Shown here: one piece after another, positions 55,132 through 64,000 of the stretch | Numbering within the stretch: position 1 is the first letter of the stretch | Layout of the letters: the number at the start of each line of letters is the position of its first letter | NCBI GenBank assembly: GCA_051362555.1 | Contig: CM120640.1 | Location: 5,022,001-5,086,000, forward strand | Source of the DNA: Lingula anatina | Lineage: Eukaryota; Animalia; Brachiopoda | Direction of reading: 5' to 3' | DNA: 64,000 nt | Translations under genes and position numbers: made by a program | The notes under the pieces: model-generated | The model's database searches: none | What the model was told of the DNA's origin: nothing | The model's input: only the letters and a program-made list of their open reading frames with translations

Positions 55132-55969
55132 GTTGCGTTTTCTGTGGTTACTGCAATGCCTACAATACTTCTATAAATCAGTTTGGTTCATGCAGGTCTT
55201 TATTGTGAACCTGAAAAAGAAAAGATGCATGTACCGTATTTGCTTCTGTACTTCAAACAATTCTGCCTACTACTGCCTAATACGTGGTACGTGTCATCAA
55301 AATTATATTCCCCACAAACAAAAGGTGTAAAATGCACAATCTGAAATATTCTAGATTCTCACATTCATATGTGCTACTTTGCCTTTGGAAGAGGCACCAT
55401 TTCTCCTTAATTTAATTTTATCAGTGAATCGTAAGTCTGAGGCATGTACAAAAACAATAAAGAAATGATTTAGGCTTTATACATTAGTTTAGCTGAAATA
55501 AATAACTATAGTCTACCCTAGCTCCCTTAAGGGTGGGGTTGTGGAAGGATCTAAATGTCTTAAAGATACAATCATGCAACACGTGATGAATGTGATTTAT
55601 TTATTTATTTGATATGGCATGCCCCCTCCCCCAATAAATAATAAATAATTTATCTTTGGTTTTCAGTGTTTTTCCAAATTCATTTGTGTGATTACATTAA
55701 TCAATGTCTCTGCTCTTCAACTAAATTAGTTTGACAATCCCCTTAATACTTCTTCGGTGTTTTAAAAAGAAAATTTCAGCCCTTTCAAATACTGTACAAA
55801 ATGAAACCTGAGGTACATGTACATGTTATTTGAGTGGGTCTACAGACGAGAGTTTCAGCAAAAAGAAAAAAAAGAAAGAAAAAGAAAAAAAACAGTGAGT
55901 AATTTGCAAAAGTAATTTATGACATTAGTCAAAGTCTCTGCATGAGTGAATACAGAGCCATTTTCTTAC

Positions 55970-56110
55970 CTGTGCCATTCTGTGCGCGAAACGACCACAC
56001 CACTTCCTCCTTGCCACACAGCGTCGAAGTCTGCCTGACGACTGCTCAGTAGTTGTGTAATATAACGCAACTAAGTCACCTCCTGAAGATGGCGCGTCAG
56101 GCGCTGATGC
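55970..56110 (-). promoter_or_regulatory. Probable non-coding first exon and CpG-containing promoter of the ABCA3-like gene
   Basis: Minus-strand donor CAG|GTAAG at about 55970, locally CpG-rich, YY1-like AAGATGGCG at 56086. A matching acceptor at about 55211 lies upstream of the ATG. Confidence 0.55.
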
Positions 56111-56454
56111 CAAGACAAACCTTAGCACCAGCAGAAGCTTTCGGTCATAAACCGCAACAATCGCAACACTCTAACACACTCGCCTTCACGTTTCGTGAAC
56201 AGTTTACGCAGAGGATAATTAAAAGACAACAATCAAATGCTTATCAAAAACAATTCAATATCTGCTCAGTGATAAGATATTTTTTTGCACATGACGCTAT
56301 AAAAAATTAATCTTCAAACTTTCAAAGTGTTCTTTAATTTATCGTTCTAAATGGCCACATTTAGGCATTTTCATTACAGTTAATAGAACATTTAATAATG
56401 GGATTTTAATCAAGGCAACACGTACTCTCACATTCGACTTGTAAAGACACTGAT

Positions 56455-56497
56455 CACCCAAACCCAATATAGAGGTGCATTTCACATGCTGAAGTCT

Positions 56498-56534
<37 letters not shown>

Positions 56535-56550
56535 ATAATAATAAAAAATA

Positions 56551-56599
<49 letters not shown>

Positions 56600-57202
56600 T
56601 ACTGGGTAAGGTATGTTCCCTAGAAAAATTGTAAAAATGTTTCATTTTGTTTAAGTACTGTACTTGGTGCAAGAGAAAACAATGTCTTCTTTTGCTGACC
56701 GAAAAATATATTTTGATTTAATGATAGTTCTGTAGTTTGACATTTCTGATATATTTGGAGCACGAGGGGGAAAATAATTTATTTAATGCTTATCTTACTG
56801 TTGGTAGGATGTATTTTCCCTGTTTTTTTTCTTCTTTTTTTAATATTCAGTGACAAGCAAACTAAAGTTGCTCAAAGAGCTCTATACAGAAGACTATTAT
56901 AACTCTTTACAACGTTATACTTGTAGGAGATAAATCAAAGAACAAAACCAGTGATGACTGAATTTTCAAAGTGAGTAAAACGTTTCATAGTTGAACGCTT
57001 TGCATTTTTGACAGTAACGTATGTTCCCTTTTTGGAGATAGAAAATGAATTATTTTCTAAAATCATGGTTCCAGGACAGTGAAAATTTGATACAAACTTC
57101 TTCACATGGGACCCTAAAATAATCAGACATAGTTTGCAATCATAGCACTAAATATTTTTAAGAGCATGCCTGTGAATTGCACCTCTATATTAGGTTTGGA
57201 TG
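56455..57202. mobile_element. Non-autonomous element of about 750 bp bounded by 32-bp inverted repeats, containing poly-A and (AAT)n
   Basis: CACCCAAACCCAATATAGAGGTGCATTTCACA (56455-56486) versus TGTGAATTGCACCTCTATATTAGGTTTGGATG (57171-57202): 29/32 complementary. Confidence 0.7.
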
Positions 57203-58472
57203 TGGCTTGCACTTCACATTAGACTTCCTCATTGCGATAGTTGTGACGGAAAAATTGACAAAAACAACCAAATGCATTTCGTTCAGAAATTTTTATTTAG
57301 TCACATTGAGGGAGCAAATAATATATCATTTGTGTGATATCATTCAAAAATTGATGGAACTAAACAGTTGGCCTATGCTTTGGCCTGAGGCATCATATTT
57401 CATCAAAACTTTATGAGAAGCGCCTTTTACCTGTCCAATATTTCAGAAGCAACTTGCTCTATCTTTTAAAAAAAAGATGCAAAAGCGAGTTAATTTGAAA
57501 AAAATAATAATAAAATAAAAATAATAAATTTAAAAAAACATTTAAACTAGGTAAGAATCAGTTAAGTAATACATAACCTAGATTAAAGGTATATGATTAT
57601 TGCACATGAAAAATTGAAATACAAGTTTAAACAAAGGCTTCAAATGGAGAAAGAAGGCAAATAATTTGTCAGATTTATGTGGAATACATGCACAATTGAT
57701 CAGAAATTGTATTTAATGCAACTTTTCACATGGAAAGGGCATGTACAATTGACACTGGTAGGTAAAGTTCAAATCAAAATGGTCATTTTAATTAGGAATT
57801 CCCTATCCATTACATTTGTTCATTTGATCTTCAACTGCACTGAACAGTGCTACACTGGTTAGTTTACTGTTTTCAGCAAATTTCTTGAAGGTACATATAG
57901 TTCACATAATTTTCATTCTTTCTTTAAAATTTTATGCCTTCTTACAGACATCAGTCTAAAATTATTAATGCAATACTACTCTGTCATCATAATTAAGGTA
58001 ATAGTAAGGTACTCCACAGGTTGTAAAGCATACATGTAATTTTTTTTGCACAGTATGTATAGTTTTATAGATTGAAAATAACTTACACCTTGTACTTTTT
58101 TTCCTGTGTTTCAGCACCCTATGTCAGACTTATTTTTACTTTTTTGCCTTTTTTTTCTTCTACGCAATTCCTTGGGTCTACCTTTCTCCCAAAACCAATT
58201 AACATTGATTTTTACGCCAAAAATGACTTTGTTGCATGAGTTCTTTCATATAGTTTCAGATATAAACATACATTTCATGCAATCATCTGTTATTTCAAGA
58301 TCATTTAAATGGATGCAATTATCTTACTTCATGGCTTGAAAATGCTGAAGTGTCAATATTGGTGTTCTGGATCCCAGGAAACCTCTTTGAAGAGATTGAC
58401 TGCCTTAAGGTTATTGTCATTCTGTGATCAATACTAACTTGTTAATACAATATTGTAAGCTAGTGTTAATGT

Positions 58473-59583
58473 CTATTCCAGTTCTGACGTACTTCTAGAC
58501 CTTGCCTTCCGCACATTGCAAAGCCATTTTATTATCCTAGCATTTCTCTCCACTACTGAAGTTGGGGTTGCCTGGCCATCTAAGTCCAGTCGAGAATCGC
58601 CGCTGCATACACTCCATTTAGCAGGAGAAGCTAGAGAGCTGGCACTCTCAAAAATCTGTAATTCATCTTTTGACTCAGTCTGTGACTTCAGCATGGGTCC
58701 AATGACACTACCCTCCAATCCCATCTCATTGAAAAACTTTTCCAAGTCTGTACTGGTGCGAGAAAGCCGAGAGCTCATATCTGAGAAGTCATTACTATTT
58801 CGGTTGAACCTGTGACTGAGATCTGATCGTGAACGCTGTATACTGTATCTTCTAGGACGAAGGCGTACGATGCTATCTCCTGTACCTTCACCCTGTGAGC
58901 TGCTCTGCTCATCTGTGGTGTACTGATTATCTGATGAGTTGGCTGTGCCACGGTAATCTCTCCATCCACTCTGGGGAACAGGGTGGGAGGAGGACTCGAG
59001 ATGGACAGGTTCCAGAATGGTTATCTTAGGCCTGACATCAATCCTTCGAGGTGATCCATGTCCAGTACTACCTCGAGAAGAAGTAGACTTAATACTGGAC
59101 TTGGTTTGACTGTTTCGATCAATAGAATTCATTTTTTGATTAAGCTGCTGTGAAGTAATATTGACAGAATCCTGCTGACGAGCTCTTTTAAAATAAGGTG
59201 ACTGTCCAGAGCCTGTCGCTCCCCCATTACTACTAGCTATTATTGCACTTGCATCGCCTCCAATTTGCTGCCTTGTTCTTTTATACAAGACTGATTTAGG
59301 AGGGGGACTGTCACCAACTGGATCCCTGGAACTCTCTGTAAAACTGTCTAAATCTTTGGCAATCTGAGCATTTGGTCCTGAGCAGCAGGACTCTTGGCCT
59401 TGCAGTTTCAGTCTACAATGAAGTTCAGCAGAACCTCTTACATGTGCCGCTGAAAAGTTTGGGCTGGACCTACATTGAGCTGTGGCTGTATTGGAAAGAA
59501 CATCTGCCTGCAACTGTCCTCGATCAATGGTAGCAATGTTGTTTTTACCATCCAATTCACTGGGGGGTGCTAAATTCTTCTGC
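58473..59583 (-). CDS. FAM110: FAM110-family protein, large terminal coding exon (upstream exon(s) not identified in the window)
   Basis: C-terminal motifs RSRSDLSHRF, DLEKFFNEMGLE and SVVERNARIIKWL match the FAM110 C-terminal domain. Acceptor TTTAG at 59584. Confidence 0.88.
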
Positions 59584-61774
59584 CTAAATGCAAAAATGAG
59601 AAATAGAAACATATGAGTCAGCAGTGGCAGATTCAATATACAATCTCTATTATTTATCCCATGATAGCACCAATATTTAGGAAATACAAATTACTAGATC
59701 CAACAGACTTGTGGGACTAATATGTTTCCCTCAGCCTGAAAGCTGATTGTGAAATAAGTAACCTGAGAGATGCTCTGAAATCAATTTTCTGCAATCATCC
59801 TTGCGTGGTATCCTTTAGCAACTAGGCTAGTTTCTTTCTTTTACCTCTTGAAAATAATGATTTTATCTAGGTTACAAGTTCATCTATTATAAGCTGTTAG
59901 CATTATTCAGGGAACTGAGCAGTCTTGTGTGCACATGGCCTAAGCTTGATTTGATAAGGCAATCAAGCAGTGTCTAATGGTAGATTTTTCTGGACCTTAT
60001 TGATTTAAAGAGTATTCTTACAAAGAAATGGCTGTATTCAGGATCTTGGCTTAGATTAAGTAATAAAAAAACACATTCTTTTGCAAATGATTGATGGTAA
60101 CTGAGTTGACATTTTAACACAGCAAAAGTGGCCTTTGGGTAAATTGTTATTAATTCACAATTGAAGTAGACCCAACATATGTGTTCTCTACCCACATTTC
60201 CACTCTTCCAACTATAATTTTCAAATTTTACCAAACTGTTCATATTATTACATTATCATTAGTATGGATTCCAAAAATCTGAATTGATGTCTTGAGACAT
60301 CAAGTCCACCTAATGAAACATCTGAAAATAGGTATTCATTTCTAAAAAAAAAAAACATACCTTAAACTTATTTTTATTCAATATTTTACCATTTTTAATC
60401 TTATGTGCCATGATTTCTTTATCTCTTTGTTAATTGGCATATATAATATAAGAAAAACAAAGAAAGAAAAAGAATATTATACTATTACAACTTCTTTAAT
60501 GAAAAATAAATACAACAGACTAATGAAAATTTTCAGAAACTGAAATCGCTTAACAAAAAGTACACCATGCATCTATGTCATAAAATTTTGCCAGCAAATA
60601 AAAATTGTAAATCAGATCCTGTATGAAGAGTGCCTGAAGTGTAAAGACCTCATTTCCTGACATGCAAGTTGGCAGCATCCATATTGATTTACCATCAAAT
60701 AACACCTTTTACATTGTTACTGCGATTGTACAGCTAGCCCAGTCACATGTTTGAGGAATGTAAATGAAGGTATATAATTACATTATGTCTACATCTGCTT
60801 CCAATCTGAATTGTATTACATGAGGTGCTCCACAGAATTGCATGAAACAATGTCAAATACATAAATGTCTGGTAGCAGAGTAGTGTGTTAATTCTGATAT
60901 GGAATTCAAGTTTCAATATTAACAATATTGTAAATCAACAAAGGACACCCTTGATTCTTGCCATACATGTATATGCAAGTAACATGTCCTTTACTTTATG
61001 AACATAGCCATTTTCTTATGTGTGAGCCTGGTCAAGGGGACATGATATCTCCCATGATAAATAGCATTGCAGAATCAACTACACATGTAAAAATATACCA
61101 TAAACACAAAATAATCATCTTGATTATTGCTTAAATTTGTTTTTTTTTTCAAAAATGCCCAAAAAAAATTATTTGAGAATTTCTTATAGAAAAATCTGAC
61201 AAATGTTCTGCGTTTGAGAGGGCTATATTAGATTTGAAATTTAGCTCTGGCAGATTCACAAAGAAAATTAAATTATCTGTTAGAACCAAGTCCCATGACA
61301 GTTGACAGCTGAGTAGAGTTCTTGGCCATTTCATGATTTGTATTCTTATTTGTATCCATATTTAGAGTTAGATGTGTGTTATGAATGCATATTTTAAATA
61401 CTATGACTGAAATCCCATTCATCCAATCTAGAATCCAAAATAATGAAAAGAAGCATTATGGTTTGAAATATATGTTGACACATTATCATGCTGGTAGTAT
61501 GACATTAAGTTAAACAAATTACATCATATTTTACCTATGAATTAATGTGGGGATTGATGAACAAATTAAATGCAATAGAAAATGTCAAATGCACAAATAA
61601 AATACATAGGGTCTTAAAAGGAAACAGTTATCAGTACAACTAGTCTAGTCATACCAGAAAGACATACAGTATTGTTACCTAGTAGGATTGCAGTAGAGGA
61701 GATGGTCATCAATTAAAAACTATCCAACCCTACATATATACTAAATCCTTTTCATAAACTGAAATTACTCATAA

Positions 61775-61925
61775 AGGAAATGTGGGCAACAGCATGAAGA
61801 AAAAGGGGGATCCTAGTAACCCAATGTTTCTATAATAGGACTTCTTTCCAGGAAATGTGGGCAACAGCATGAAGAAAAAGGGGGATCCTAGTAACCCAAT
61901 GTTTCTATAATAGGACTTCTTTCCA
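61775..61925. repeat. Perfect 75-bp tandem duplication
   Basis: GGAAATGTGGGCAACAGC...GGACTTCTTTCCA occurs twice head-to-tail (starts 61776 and 61851). Confidence 0.92.
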
Positions 61926-63556
61926 CTACAGTTTGGTGAGCATCAATAATTTGCTGATGATTCTGAAACATTTTTTGAATGTTTTTTTTTCTTTGATATA
62001 CGTAACATTTGATGAAGTAACATATGACAGGACCAATAACGCTTTACAAAATGTAAATAAATGTTTAATAAAATTATATCCCATAATAAGAAATTAAACA
62101 AACCTGGTTCCAACTTGAAGATTTTCAGCATTCCTTGGTTTCTGCTTGTTGACTAGAACTGTTGTACTTTTCACATACTGGGATTTTGTTTCTTCCAGCA
62201 GTTGAACAGCACTCTTACATCTACTTGGCACCATCATCATACCTGATTAAGAAGTCATTTAAGCCATTAACTGATATCACATAACTATAAGATAAATATG
62301 AAAAGTAGAAACATTATATTGAATTCAGTAAGTATACATAAATAGACTGTATTTTAACTGTTGGAGATGTTCTCAACTTCTTCCAATCTGTGAAATGCAA
62401 TTCTGACATCTGTTAGAACTGCATAGTTGCTTTAAATACTGTTACTTGATATTATGTTTGTCCCAAGTTTGTTGGTACTAAGAAATGTACTAGGCATTAA
62501 AAACAGGCATCCATGTAGACTAAACAATTCTGATTATAAAGAAGTTTTAGTGCAATAAAAAGTATTAAGTATCAGGTATCAATTGTACCAAAAAATATAC
62601 TAAATGCAATCAATGTTCAAGCCAAGTTTTATCATGCGATAAATACCAACTTCCTCATTCATTCTACAAAATTGTTTTCATTGTTCAATAAAACAATCTT
62701 AAGGAGCTATATGAGGGGAATAAGCTTTCTTAAACCTCCCCATTTTCCTTTTCGAAAGCCTACATTCATTGCATCCTAAAATTTTAAATAATAAAATTCC
62801 TCTTCAAAACTATATATTTGCACAAATTAAAAAGAAGAGAGGTGCGGCTGTAACTGTTCTCTTGGTTTAAGCCATGTGGAGGAAAAGGCCCCATAAAATG
62901 TGTAATTGGATCTTGACATCATATAGTGGCAGACATCTTAAAGAATGTCAAAACAACAACAAGAATATTTGTGTTTGTTTTTTACATTAAGTCCCACATA
63001 TAAAAAATACTCAAATGCTAACATAACAGTAGTCAAATGCCAGATTACATGATGCTATTAGTATACCCAGGAACCAACTACAGCAGCTTGAATTCCTGAT
63101 TATAAAAACCAACATCTGTGCCTGTGTACTAAGAGCACTTAATGTGAATTTTATACTGCTTCACTCTGCTGGGTCTTTTCCTGTATTAAATATGATGAAA
63201 AAGATATCAGTCTTTGTAAAGAAGTCATCTGAGTTGCTGGTTGAAACCAGTGAACAGCGAAAATGGCAGCATTGTCAGCATTCTATCTGTGTTAATGTTC
63301 ACTCAACCACAAATGCTCCAATTCCATCAAAGCTTGTAAGAATGTTATCATTTGTCATTGACAATCTATCCCATTACTAGACCTTGTCTTGAATTCAAAG
63401 ATGTTTTCAAACCACAAGTCTGTTTGTTCCCAAAATATATATAAAGCTAAGTAGCTATGACAAAATATATGTCTAGTTTCTTTTGCAGTCAGAAATGTTC
63501 CCAAGTTGTCTGAGTGCCTCCTAGTATTAAGTCTCTGACATAACTTCAGGTCTCTA

Positions 63557-63773
63557 AGACTGGGTTCCCACAGATTTAGATCAATCCATCTAGACTGACC
63601 CAACTCCCTGGGGGTTCACGCTAAATTGCTGTCAGCCGAGTTTGCACGAAAGTTAATTACCCCCTTACAGCATTTAGTAGGCGGGACAGACATTTAAGCC
63701 AGCTAAGCTGACAGCAATCTAGTGAGACTCCCCTCAGGGATAGATCGATCTAAAAATCTGTGGGAATGCAGTC
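63557..63773 (+). mobile_element. MITE family C, copy 3 (diverged subfamily)
   Basis: Shares CTCCCTGGGGGTTCACGCTAAA..CACGAAAGTTAATTACCCCCTTACAGC..TCTAGTGAGACTCCCC with the other copies. TIR AGACTG..TTCCCACAGATTT / AAATCTGTGGGAA..CAGTCT. Confidence 0.85.
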
Positions 63774-64000
63774 TACGGTGTTAAAAATATTGGGAGCCCT
63801 TTTCCAGAGAATACAGAGGTTCTATGATATGTTCCTGATTTAAATAACCTTAACATTGTGTCATAAAATTATGCAATATAAAATGATCATGATAATGATA
63901 TTTCGTAAAAATAAATAAAAATATAAAATGAAGCACTCAGGAAATACTTGGTCAGGTTGTGGGTAGTTGTCACGTATAATGAATGTTGACTGTGATAAAT

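Noticed and set aside
56053-56310. Plus-strand ORF with AAGATGGCG start context, suggesting a divergent gene
   Set aside because: No splice donor, recognisable domain or downstream exons; better explained as a YY1-like promoter motif.
59584-59636. Signal-peptide-like N-terminus of the 387-aa ORF (MNLPLLTHMFLFLIFAF)
   Set aside because: It is the translated polypyrimidine tract of the acceptor; FAM110 proteins are intracellular.

Overview
AT-rich, intron-containing animal genomic DNA, probably lophotrochozoan/molluscan (an inference from composition and repeats). From left to right: a decayed Tc1/mariner transposase; the last three coding exons of a tetraspanin (+); a single-coding-exon, single-pass membrane protein with a KCNE-like helix (+); a 7-exon secreted precursor (+) missed by the ORF track, made of three near-identical 4-Cys modules separated by KR sites; two tandem full-length ABCA (ABCA3-like) genes on the minus strand about 18 kb apart; and the terminal exon of a FAM110-family gene (-). 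Several MITEs, a LINE remnant and microsatellites are scattered through the window. Three observations stand out. (1) The left ABCA paralogue has open reading frames in the exons read but lacks the signature motif, catalytic Glu and H-loop His in both ATPase domains. (2) The hidden triple-repeat Cys-peptide precursor. (3) The KCNE-like protein. Exon boundaries were read by eye and no database searches were run.
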